From Mytilus californianus (Eukaryota): 64,000 bases of DNA. Under the pieces are notes generated by a model. The model did no database searches and had not been told where the DNA came from. It saw only the letters and a program-made list of their open reading frames with translations. The position numbers and the translations under genes were made by a program. Shown here piece after piece: positions 37,301-49,095 of the stretch. Positions within the stretch are counted from its first letter, which is position 1, and each line of letters opens with the position of its first letter. The stretch lies in contig NW_026262626.1 of NCBI RefSeq assembly GCF_021869535.1, positions 10,726,001 through 10,790,000 on the forward strand, in the 5' to 3' direction.

Positions 37301-40300
37301 ATCTTACATCAGGAATACATCCAACATACTTATTTCTTATCTTTATTGAAATCTTTCGGTTTTCTCCAAAGCTAAAATAAAGAATATGGAATGGAATGAC
37401 TGCTTGATAGATGCACACAATACAGAATCAGCTTCAGATTAATGTCGTGCTGTTACACCACTGTCTAAGGTTAGGGGAGGGTTGAGTACTCAAAAACATG
37501 TTTTACCCCACCACATTCTTTATGTGCCTGTCCCAAGTCAGGTGACATTAGTTCAGCTGTCATTGTTGGTTTATGTCTATCATATTTGTTTTTGTAAATT
37601 GTTTTGTTATAAACTATAAAATAAAATTGAGAATGGAAATGGGGAATGTGTCAAAAAGAAAACAATCCGACCAAAGAGCATAAAACAGCCCAAGGCCACA
37701 AATGCATCTTCAACACACCTAGAAAATCCTGCAACCCGAGGCAGGCTTCAGCTGGCCCCTAACCAAAAATATGTATATACTTATTATACTAGTTCAGTGA
37801 AAATGTTTGTTTCTGTTTGAATTGTTTTAAATTTTTCATATAGGGGCCTTTAATAGCCTACCATACAGTATGGGTTTTTATCATTGTTGAAGGCCTCACA
37901 ATGGCCTTTAATTTCTTGTATCTACTTTATTTGAACTCTAGTTGATAGTTGTCTCATTGGCAATCATACAACATCTCCTTATTTTTATTTAGGTAAATAA
38001 ACATTGATTAGCACAACCAAATTAATCATAAACAAGAACATGTGTCCACAGGACACCATGACACGCTGGCACTATCAATATTCCATTTTCAGTGTATAGT
38101 GATATTGATGTCAAATTGTAATTTGGCATAAAATCTTATAAGTTCACATCATAATGAACATGTGTACTAAATCTCAAGTTGATGTGACTACAACTTCATC
38201 ATGAACTACCTTGACCAAACTTTAAACTTGAGAAAATAATAGTTGCATACTATCACCATTCTATCTATATATACTTAGTGACCCGTGAAATTTTAATTAA
38301 AATTATAATTTGGCTTATAAATTTAAACAAGAGTGCACATGCTGAAATGTCTCGCCTTCTTTACAAACCATTGATTTTATGTTGATAGTCCTAAATATAA
38401 AGCTTTACTACAAGTAACACATAAACTTAACATGATCCAAGAAAATGAGGTCAAGGTCAGATAAACCAAACAAGAAATACATGTACACCTTACAATCATT
38501 CAATAAACCAAACATAGTTGACCTATTGCTTATAGTTTCTAAGAAACAGTCTTAACCAAGAAAACTTAACATTGACCAATGAACCATGAAAATGAGGTCA
38601 AGGTCAGATGAACCATGCCAGACAGACATGTACACCTTACAATCAATTTATGCATTAAATATAGTTGACCTATTGCTTATAGTATCTAAGAAACAAACTT
38701 AACCATGAAAACTTAACATTGACCAATGAACCATGAAAATGAGGTCAAGGTCAGATGATACCTGCCAGACAGACATATACACCTTACAATCCTTCCATAC
38801 AACAAATATAGTTGATCTATTGCTTATAGTTGAAGAAAAACAGACCAAAACACAACAAGAATGCACATGCTGAAATGTCTCGCCTACTATACTGACCATT
38901 AATTTTATGTTGATAGTCCCAAATATAAAGTTTAACAAGTATCACATTTACGATCCAAGAAAATGAATTCAAGGTCAGATAAACCAAGCCGGAAACTCAT
39001 GTACACCTTTAATACAATCATTCCACACACCGAATATAGATGACTCATTGCTGATAGTATGAAAGAAAGACCAAACCATGGAAATTTTATATTAATCAAT
39101 GAACCATAAAAATGAGGTCAAGGTCAGATGAACCCTGCCAGACAGACATGTACACCTTAAAATCATTCCATGCATCAAATATAGTTGACCTATTGCTTAT
39201 AGTATCTAAGAAACAAAGATAACCAGGAAAACTGAACACTGACCAATGAACAATGAAAATGAGGTGAAGGTCAGATGATACCTGCCAAACAGACATATAC
39301 ACCTAACAACCGTACACCAAATATAGTTGACCTATATATTGCTTAAAGTTTAAGAAAAACAGACCAAAACACAAAAACTTAGCATTAAGAAAAGAACCAT
39401 GAAAATGAGGTCAAGGTCAAACAAAACCTGCCAGACTGACATGTACATCGTAAAATATTTCCTTACACCAAATATAGCTGACCTATTGCATACAGTATTA
39501 GAAAAACAGACCAAAACACAAAACTTAACATTGAGCAATGAATCGTGAAAATGAGGTCACGGTCAAATAAAATCTGCAAGACTGACATGTACATCATAAT
39601 ATATTTCCATACACCAAATATAGTTGACCTATTGCTACAGTATTAGAAAAACAGACCAAAACACAAAAATTTAAGATTGAGCAATGAACCGTGAAAATGA
39701 GGTCAAGGTCAAATAAAACCTGCCAGACTGACATGTACATCTTAAAATATTTCCATACACCAAAGATAGTAGACTTATTGCATACAGTATAAGAAAAACA
39801 GACCAAAACACAAAAACTTAACTATAACCACTGAACCATGAAAACGAGGTCAAGGTCAGATGACACCTGCCAGTTGGACATGTACACCTTACAGTCCTTC
39901 CATACACCGAATATACTTGACCTACTGCTTATAGTATCTGAGATATGGACTTGACCACCAAAACTTAACCTTGTTCACTGATCCATGAAATGAGGTCGAG
40001 GTCAAGTGAAAACTATCTGACGGGCATAAGGATCTTGCAAGGTACGCACATACCAAATATAGTTATCCTATTACTTATAATAAGAGAGAATTTAACATTA
40101 CAAAAAATGTTAACTTTTTTTTCAAGTAGTCACTGAACCATGAAAATGAGGTCAAGGACATTGGACATGTGACTGACGGAAACTCCGTAACATGAGGCAT
40201 CCATATACAAAGTATGAAGCATCCAGGTCTTCCACCTTCTAAAATATAAAGCTTTTAAGAAGTTAGCTAACGCCGCCGCCGGATCACTATCCCTATGTCG

Positions 40301-43078
40301 AGCTTTCTGCGACAAAAGTCGCAGGCTCAACAAAAACTTAACACTGAGAAATGAACCATGAAAATGCGGTCAAGGTCAAATAAAACCTGTGAAACTGGCA
40401 TGTACATCATAAAATATTTCCATACACCAAATATAGTTGACCTATTGCATATAGTATTAGAAAAAAAGACCAAAACTCAAAAACTTAACTTTGACCACTG
40501 AACCATGAAAATGAGGTCAAGGTCAGATGCCACCTACCAGTTGGACATGTACACCTTACAATCATTCCATATACCAAATATAGTAGACCTACTGCTTATA
40601 GTATCTGATATATGGACTTGACCACGAAAACTTAACCTTGTTCACTGATCCATGAAATGAGGTCGAGGTCAAATGAAAATTGTCTGACGGGCATGAGGAC
40701 CTTGCAAGGTATGCACATACTAAATATAGTTATCCTATTACTGATAATAAGAAAGAAATTTATATTACAAAAAATGTTGACTTTTTTTCAAGTAGTCACT
40801 GAACCATGAAAATGAGGTCAAGGACAATGGACATATGACAGACGGAAACTTCGTAACATAAGGCATCTATATACAAAGTATGAAGCATCCAGGTCTTCTA
40901 GCTTCTAAAATATAAAGCTTTTAAGAAGTTAGCTAACGACGCCGCCGCCGCTGCCGGATCACTTTCCCTATGTCGAGCTTTCTGCGACAAAAGTCGCTGG
41001 CTCGACAAAAATCACATTATAAGGAACATGTTGAGTAATCATGTTTCAAGTTGATGTGTCTTCAATTTCATCACATACTACCTTGACCAAAAATTTAACC
41101 TGATATGGGACGGATGAAGGAATGAACTGAGACACAGACTGGAAAAATAATGCCTCACTACTATCATACACTTATTGATCCCAATGTTCTATTTCAGCCA
41201 TGGTTGCCATGTTGTTTTTTTTTTATGTTGCAAGCATAATTGATATTTTTTTTTTTATATTGCAGGCACATTTTATTGATAATTTGTTTTAAGCAAGTTT
41301 GTTAATGGATCAAATCTTCAGATAAAATTTTTAAACAAGATTACATAAAGAACATTCATGTATTTTGTAACATCTGGCCCACTACAGGAGAAGATTTTGA
41401 TTTTTTTTAAAGTTGAAAAAGACGGACAAACAGAGGCCCATGATGGATGCTAAGTAATGGCAGTAGCATGCATGGCCTTTTTGGCCAAATGACCTGAAAA
41501 TGTATTGACCCCAATGTTCTATTTCAGTCATGGAGGTCATGTTTTGAAAGTTGCAGGCATGATTGATATTTTTTTTAAAATTAGAAACCTCAAGGGTGAT
41601 TGAGGCCAAGTTTCTCGTAATTGGCCTAGTTGATTCAGAGAAGATATTTGCAAAACTTTACATTGACCTATGATGATGGGTGTCATTTCACCATTACTCC
41701 AGGTAGTGCTCTAAAAATATAACAAAGATGCACGTTTTTGTAGAACACCAAGTGATGGCAACTTAATGGCAGGTGTCTGAGGTGAGCTTAGAAGTTTTAG
41801 ACGCACGGACAACAGATGCCAAGTGGTGGCAATAACTGCTTTGGATCTTTCAGGACTACATGTTACCTACTCTGGCTGAAGAAAAAAGATTTCTGTAAAC
41901 TTCATGAACAAACTTGTGAAAACACTTTCCCTTAAAATAACATCTTCAATTTTATCTCTAATCGGTTCAGGTGGTACTTCCAATGGTAAACCTAACTTTT
42001 GAAGTACTTTCTGTATCTCCGAAAGAAATCTGGATGTATTCGTGGACCAATCCAAAAACATTCTGCAAAAAAGTAAATAACAAACTATACATGTACAATG
42101 AATGCTTTCAAAGGTGATATTGCAATATCCAACATCTTTAATGCGATCTATAAAAGCAGTAATGTACTATATAAAATACAATCAATTTTTAGCCCAGGTA
42201 ATATCCATTGGTTCTCAGGTTGACTTATTGGGTTTTGGGGTGTTTTGGGGGAAATCGGGGTACCAAAATTAAACAGTTAAAAGTACAAGTTTAAGTTCAT
42301 ACATGTACATGTATTCTTGAAAAAAAAGATGGATATCCAGGATCAACTGAAACAGATTAAAGTAATGATTCATTCAAGGGAAATAATTTTACACGAGTAA
42401 TCTAGAAATTTCAGACTCAATGTATTGAGGCTTAACAAAGTATTGGTTTTTTGTAACGTTTTAGGTGCATCGTCTTCACAAAATTTGAATCTTGGGAGCA
42501 AGTACATGTACAAATATGAACATGGAACGGGCAGCCCAACAACTATAATTAGTTCTTGAGAGTCCTCGGGAAATCGTGGTTCCCTACCTTTTGCCAAGTT
42601 TGTCAGTCATCAAACCAGACTCATTTGTCTCACCATTCAGAAATTCTTCTGAAAATTCCATAAGAAGTATTTTTGCCTCCTGGAGGTCTATGATTGCTTC
42701 TTTTTCAAATTCTAAAAGTTCATTTCGAAATTTTGGTGCTAATGACACTTTCTTATTCCAGTCAACATTCTCCAGGTTAAAATTAACATGCTCTTTTGTA
42801 AACTTGCACAGTGACTCAATACACGTGGGTATCTCTACAGTGTTTCTTCTCAGATTCCTACGGCTTCTTCTGTCATTTAGTGGAAATATTTCCAGTGCAA
42901 GTTTAAGCTTTTTTTTTAGCTCTAACACAGTAATCGGATTGTCCGCGAAAAATAGCCCAATGTCCGTCAATTCTTCTGTTCTGAAGTCCGATGATTTTAG
43001 TCGTTTGCTTTCTGAAGATGACAGCTTGCGATCGTATTGAGACTCTTCTGATGATGATAATTTTCTTTTTTCCATCAT
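34321..43078 (-). CDS. Uncharacterised PD-(D/E)xK nuclease-fold protein, about 396 aa. Exons (minus): 43078-42588, 42062-41871, 37371-37242, 36457-36284, 34524-34321
   Basis: Five exons with GT-AG sites (gtaggg, gtaggt, gtgagt, gtaaga donors) join in matching phases (2,2,0,0) into one ORF: ...LRESVFTSLFMKF...KYVGCIPDVRF...LLLMLAE|VKK...VLGQIGSQLLLE...LGIVCMGTE|IIFLY...STIHYTKSFDIMKMEDRNELVDFLFWLG. The gene structure is well supported; the fold call is from motif recognition only. Confidence 0.8.
35843..35918. repeat. Perfect 38-bp tandem duplication
   Basis: TTGTTTGTTGTATATTATCAATATGTACTATTAACCTT x2. Confidence 0.95.
35916..36053 (-). CDS. Possible cryptic or cassette 138-nt exon of the nuclease-like gene
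   Basis: Strong pyrimidine tract and ttttccag acceptor, open phase 0-0 frame, weak donor gttaat. The flanking exons already join sensibly without it. Confidence 0.2.
38326..41011 (+). mobile_element. Composite HINE array of about 120-135 bp CATGAAAATGAGGTCAAGGTCA units, inside intron 2 of the nuclease-like gene
   Basis: Two 5' ends AACAAG..GCACATGCTGAAATGTCTCGCC (38326, 38854), about 20 related units, and two 3' ends with (GCC)n and the hairpin GCGACAAAAGTCGC (about 40336 and 41011). Confidence 0.85.
42395..42490 (-). CDS. Possible optional 96-nt exon of the nuclease-like gene (FKFCEDDAPKTLQKTNTLLSLNTLSLKFLDY)
   Basis: Acceptor cttgctcccaag after a 97-nt intron; phase 2-2 symmetric and frame-preserving. 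The donor (gtgtaa) is weak. Confidence 0.4.
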
Positions 43079-43222
43079 AAACAAAACAGGGGAATACAAC
43101 GAAGGGGAGGGAAACGGATAATAAAATGTTAAGAAGCTTCTTCTAAGTATTAGCCTCTAGTACGTAGGAACACCTCCATAATATGGAGTTTATACTCTTA
43201 GTAATAAGATAATGTACAGCAG

Positions 43223-43330
43223 ATTGATTGATTGATTGGTATTTTACGCCACTTTCAACACTATTCTGCTATTTTGTGGCGGTCAGTTTTAATTGGTGGA
43301 GGAAGCCAGAGTGCCTGGAGAGAACCACAT
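43223..43330 (-). mobile_element. 3' fragment of a SINE with (CAAT)n tail
   Basis: (GATT)n run followed by GGTGGAGGAAGCCAGAGTGCCTGGAGAGAACCAC, a motif I recognise from bivalve SINE 3' ends (recall). Confidence 0.55.
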
Positions 43331-43534
43331 TGCCTTCCAAAGAGCTCGCGCGCGCACTGTCAGCAGATCATAACATGTTAAACCAAGGATTTATATAGTG
43401 TTACTATATAAAGAGAAAACTCATAAGAATTTTGTTGACCTAATTTTTGCAGAATAACTTCGGCTTCAACCATTCATCATGTGTTAGATGGGTGGTATTA
43501 AATGGCTCATTTTTGTTATTTTACTTTCAACCAA

Positions 43535-44812
43535 ACCATGAAAACTTTATATTGACCAATGAACCATGAAAATGAGAACAAGGTCAGATGAGTCCTGCCA
43601 GATAGACCTGTACTCTTTACAAATCATTCCATGGATCAAATATAGTTGATGTATCAGATATAGTATCCTGGAAACAAACTTAACCAAGAAAATTTATCAT
43701 TGACCAATGAACCATGAAAAAAGAGAATAAAATTGAGAATGGAAATGGGGAATGTGTCAAAGAGACAACAACCCGACCAAAGAGCAGAAAACAGCCGAAT
43801 GCCACCAATGGGTCTTCAACACAGTGGGAAAATCCTGCACCTGGAGGCGGGCTTCAGCTGGCCCCTAAACAAAAATGTGTACTAGTTCAGTGAAAATGGA
43901 CGTCATACTAAACTCCAAAACATATAATTGAACTACCACGGTAAAATTAAAAATCATACAAGACTAACAAAGGCCAGAGGCTTCTGACTTGGGACAGACG
44001 CAAAAATGCAGCAGGGTTTCTTGTTTCAAGGTCAGATGATACCTGCCAGACAGACATATAAACATTTCAACCATTCCATACATTCAACATTATAAGTTGA
44101 CCTATTGCTTATAGTTTAAGAACAATAGAGGTAAGACCAAAACACAAAAACTTAACATTGAGCAATTAACCGTGAAAATGAGGTCAAGTCAAATAGAACC
44201 TGCCAGACTGACATGTACATCACAAAATATTTCCATACACCAAATATAGCTGCCCTATTGCATACAGTATTAGAAAAATAGACCAAAACACAAAAATTCA
44301 TCTTTAACCACTGAACATAGGTCAGATGACACCTGGCATTTGGACATGTACACCTTACAATCATGCCATACACCAAATATAGTAGACCTATTGTTTAAAG
44401 AATCTGAGATATGGACTTGACCACGAAAACTTAACCTTGTTCACTGATCCATGATATGATGTCAAGGTCAAGTGAAAACTGTCTGACAGGCATGGGGACT
44501 GTGCAAGGTATATTATGCACATACCATATATAGTTATCCTATTACTCATAATAAGAGAGAAATTAACATTACAAAAAATCTTAACTTTTTTTTCAAGTAG
44601 TCACTGAACCATGAAAATGAGGTCAAGGACAAAGGCATATTACAGACGAAAACTTCATAACATAAGGCATCTATATACAAAGTATGAAGCATCCAGGTTT
44701 TCCACCTTCTAAAATATAATGCTTTTAAGTAGTTTGCTAATGCAGCTGGCGCCGGCGCCGGATCACTATCCTTATGTCGAGCTTTCTGGACAGAAGTCGC
44801 AGGCTCGACAAT
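43535..44812 (+). mobile_element. Further copy of the same HINE array, interrupted by a different repeat at about 43727-44025
   Basis: Same units and 3' terminus (ATGTCGAGC...GCTCGACA). The insert begins AATAAAATTGAGAATGGAAATGGGG, also seen at about 37619. Confidence 0.8.
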
Positions 44813-44860
44813 AAAACTTGCTTTATAGCCTTTAATAATAACCTGTTATATTATATACAT

Positions 44861-45875
44861 ATAATAATAATAATAATAATAATAATAAATTCTTTTTTTA
44901 AAGAGGGTAATCTCAGTTAGTTACAATAAACTAATCTTCCCTGAGGCCCTCACATACAAATTACAATACAATCAAAAACAGATATTTACACATAGTTAAT
45001 TTACAGTCAATTAGTTCAATGTAATATTACTAACATGATAAGATATAAGGCTGTTCAAGATGTACATGTAGTCAAAAAATCAAATACAAATAAAAATAAA
45101 AGAATATAATACAAATTCATTGTAGAAAATATAATCTTATCAGGACTGTGTTAAGTACTTCTTGATACTTTGTTTAAAAGTATAAATGTTTTGAGCTTTA
45201 CGCATTTTGTGTGGTAGTCCATTCCATAACACTGATCCAGAATAAACAAAAGATTTCTTAAATAGCTCAGCTTTTGGCTTAGGAACTATCAGATTACCTT
45301 GAGTGACGCCTCTCAGGGAGTAAGGATTATTATCTGATTTCAGTTTAAACTTTTGAACTAGGTACATTGGTGCTTCCATACGCATACATTTATATAGAAG
45401 TAAATATTTGTGGTATTTTATTCTATTGTCAACTGTCATCCACCCAAGTTTTTTAAATAAGGGGGCTGAGGGGGATAAAGGATCTGCATCTAGAATTAAT
45501 CTTGCTGCCCTTTTTTGGAGTTTTAAAATTCTTGTTATCCCTTCATTTTTACATTCACCCCAAATAATACAGCAGTAGTCAATCAGGGGCAGAATATATC
45601 CATTGTAATATGTTATCCTTGCATTTATATCTAAAAATTTCTTTATTTTAGAAAGAAGGTATATTCTGGATGATATATTAGCACAAACTTGGTCAATTTG
45701 ATTTCTCCAGTTAAGTGTGCTGTCAATTTTAACACCTAATAATTTTTCACATGAAGAATTTTGTAATACTTTTGAATCTATTATTAAGTTTGGTTGATAA
45801 GTCTGAATTCATTTTGTTATTTCAGGTTTCATAACACATAGTATTTTCGTTTTTTGAGGAATTTGGCAGTCTAAT
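44861..45875 (-). mobile_element. 5'-truncated CR1/L2-group LINE (RT C-terminal region, 3'UTR, (TTA)n tail)
   Basis: Minus frame reads EKLLGVKIDSTLNWRNQID...YILPLIDYCCIIWG...LQKRAARLILD...KSFVYSGSVLWNGLP, with an in-frame TGA near the 5' end. The microsatellite tail is at 44861-44888. Confidence 0.9.
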
Positions 45876-46139
45876 TGATTGTAGTTTTTCTCAGCTTGAA
45901 TTTAAAATATGACATCTCGGAAGATGACAGAGGTTCATGTAGGGTGTACTATAAACACTTATACCTTAAGATTTTTTTGACACCATTGGTCTGCACAAAC
46001 CAACTAATTGCAATTTTATTTGCCAGTAACCAGAATTCTTACCAGGATACTTTAATTTCATCTCCCTTCCTTTTATTTTAAGACAGCCATTTAAGAAAAT
46101 CAGGTCTAAAAACCTGCAACATTTTATCAATATGGCAAA

Positions 46140-47050
46140 GAACCAATAATAAGAGACTTTAAGAGCCTGTGTCGCTCACCTAGATCTATGTGCATCTTCT
46201 ACAATGAACACTCCCCAAAATTTTAGACTTGAATAGAAGTCATGACAAAAATCTCTCGTCTTGTTAACCATTTTTGCTGTTAAAAGTGGCTATCTATCTA
46301 TAAAAGATTTCAAGATAATCGGCAGAACACTAAAAATGGGTAAAGATCACCATTAAAGAACAATAACTTCAATAAGGAGTGAACTGATAATTACGGTACA
46401 CAGATTTGTTGGTAGATATTGTCTTGCTGATAATATTTGCTTATTTAAGTTCGTATCTATCTATCGTAGTTTTTCAGATATTAGGCAAAAACACAAAAAA
46501 ATGATAAAAACCATCATTAGAGGGTAATTACTACAAAAAAGAGTTTTCAAATGATTTGAACCATTTCACTTATTTGTAGATCTCGTCTTGCTTATCATTT
46601 TTACTTATTCAAGTTTTATCTATCTATTAAAGTTTTTTTTCAGTGATAAGGCAAAAACCCAAAAAGGTGGTAAAAATCATCATCAAAAAGCAATAATTCC
46701 AATAGAGATTCATCAGATAATTTCAACAATGCTGAAAATTTTTGCTTTTTCAAGTTTCTATCTATTATAGTTTTTCAGATATTAGACATAAATACAAAAA
46801 ATTGATAAAAATCATCATAATAGGACAATAACTCAAATAAGCAAAATGTCTGACGATTAAGACCAAATTAACTTTATTGTAGATCTTGTCTTGCTGATCA
46901 TTTTTGCTTTTAAAGTATCTCTTTATCTTTTATAAATTTTAAGACAATAGGCAAAATGAAAAAAAATTGGTAAAATTTGTCATATAAGGGCAGTAACTCC
47001 TGTAAGAAGTCGTCTAACAGCTTTGAGAATAGGTAGATCTCATCATTCTG
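46140..47050. repeat. Degenerate array of GTAGATCT.GTCTTGCTGATCATTTTTGCT units (HINE-like; related sequence at about 1770-2080)
   Basis: Recurrent motif about every 160 bp after AAGAGCCTGTGTCGCTCACC. Confidence 0.6.
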
Positions 47051-47974
47051 ATCATTTCTGTCTCTACATTTTTGGATTTTTACGTTTACAAAAATTGTTG
47101 ATGGACAGACATGAATATATCTTCTTTGCTTGTCACTTTCAGAAGTTTGTCCCCACTTTTCGGTCTAATCAAACGTCAATGCTATATCTTTATACTGAGT
47201 GTAAGCAAAATGGTTTAAATCCAATTATGACATCAAGCTTTATTAAAATTAGACCATGGCTTTGTTCACATACAAGAATACCTAATATTGAAAACTGAAT
47301 ATAAATCATTCTCATAAGACATGTGATATAAGCAAATGAATGTATCAGTTATTTATACATAAATTCACTTTGCCAAAAGCTCATGACGCTGCAAAGTAAA
47401 AAAAAAATGCTGAATATGACTTATATCCCTTTTTTTTAATTTGTTTTACTTTTTCGTTTCAGATATTCAAAGAAGTATAAAAAAAAAAGAGTAAGAACTA
47501 TGAATTTTTTCAACAACACAAAAACCTAGAGGTTAATACACAGGATTACACAATATCAATCCCCCCTGTGTCTAATAAACTTATATAAGACCATAAAAAA
47601 TCTGCCATCAAGGCAGCAAAATAAAACTTTTTAAATGCCAAAAAACAATTAACTCTGATTAGGATATTATAATATATAATGTAAATATTTATTTGAATAT
47701 ATTTGTAAGTAGGCATATATAACAAAGTCAGTACATTATTTTTTTTTATAATTAGCACAATCACATGCATACACATATATGAAAAATTCTATTTCTGAAC
47801 AAAACTGCTATTTTTGTATTCCAACATTCCTCACAACCATCAACATTTGATTTATAAATGGAACAAAATGACTAAAAAATTAAAGAACCTTAGTGAGCGC
47901 GCTCACATACCCCACGTTCCCACATTGTCATTGGAAAAATAAATTAAATTAAGAAAAAAAAATTGTATCAGAAA

Positions 47975-49095
47975 AAAAAATTGAATCATAATTTCCTGTC
48001 AATATGCACATCTACATAGTATGTCCTTATTATCTACACAGTTTCATGAAATTCTGTTGTGTGGTTTGAGAGGAGTTGCGATGACAAAAGATTGCAGTAG
48101 TATATTGGGCAAATAAGTTCAAAGGGGCGTAACTCCTGGAAAAAAAATTGAATCGTAATTTCCTGTCGATATGCACATCTACGTAGTATGTCCTTATTAT
48201 CTGAAAAGGTTTCATGAAATTCTGTTGTGTGGTTTGAGAGGAGTTGCGATGACAAAAGGTTGCAGTAGTATATTGGGCAAATAAGTTCAAAGGGGCGTAA
48301 CTCCTGGAAAAAAAATTGAATCGTAATTTCCTGTCTATATGCACATCTACGTAGTATGTCCTTATTATCTGAAAAGGTTTCATGAAATTCTGTTGTGTGG
48401 TTTGAGAGGAGTTGCGATGACAAAAGGTTGCAGTAGTTTATTGGGAAATAAGTTCAAAGGGGCATAACTCCTGGAAAAAAAATTGAATCGTAATTTCCTG
48501 TCGATATGCACATCTACGTAGTATGTCCTTATTATCTGAAAAGGTTTCATGAAATTCTGTTGTGTGGTTTGAGAGGAGTTGCGATGACAAAAGGTTGCAG
48601 TAGTATATTGGGCAAATAAGTTCAAAGGGGCCTAACTCCTGGAAAAAAAATTGAATCGTAATTTCCTGTCGATATGCACATCTACGTAGTATGTCCTTAT
48701 TATCTGAAAAGGTTTCATGAAATTCTGTTGTGTGGTTTGAGAGGAGTTGCGATGACAAAAGGTTGCAGTAGTATATTGGGCAAATAAGTTCAAAGGGGCG
48801 TAACTCCTGGAAAAAAAATTGAATCGTAATTTCCTGTCGATATGCACATCTACGTAGTATGTCCTTATTATCTGAAAAGGTTTCATGAAATTCTGTTGTG
48901 TGGTTTGAGAGGAGTTGCGATGACAAACTGTTGCAGTAGTACATTAAAGTAAATAAGTTCAAAGGGGCGTAACTCCTAGAAAAAGAATTGAATCGTAATT
49001 TCCTGTCGATATGCACAACTACATAGTATATCCTTATTATCTAAAAAGGTTTCGTGAAATTCTGTTGTGTGGTTTGAGAGGAGTTGCGATGACAA
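47975..49095. repeat. 168-bp tandem (satellite-like) array, about 6.7 copies, inside a HINE-like element (about 47878-49135)
   Basis: Near-identical units (AATTGAATCGTAATTTCCTGTCGATATGCAC...) giving 56-aa periodic ORFs, followed by a GACG/GACT microsatellite. Confidence 0.95.

Noticed and set aside
38699-40333. Repetitive minus-strand ORFs (MSVWQV...DLDLIFMVH)
   Set aside because: Translations of HINE array monomers.
42584-42597. Programmed +1 frameshift linking ORFs 43099-42584 and 42597-42370
   Set aside because: A phase-compatible GT donor at 42587 explains the frame change by splicing, and no recognised shift signal is present.
42576-43040. 154-aa plus-strand ORF
   Set aside because: Ser/Phe-rich antisense shadow of exon 1 of the nuclease-like gene.
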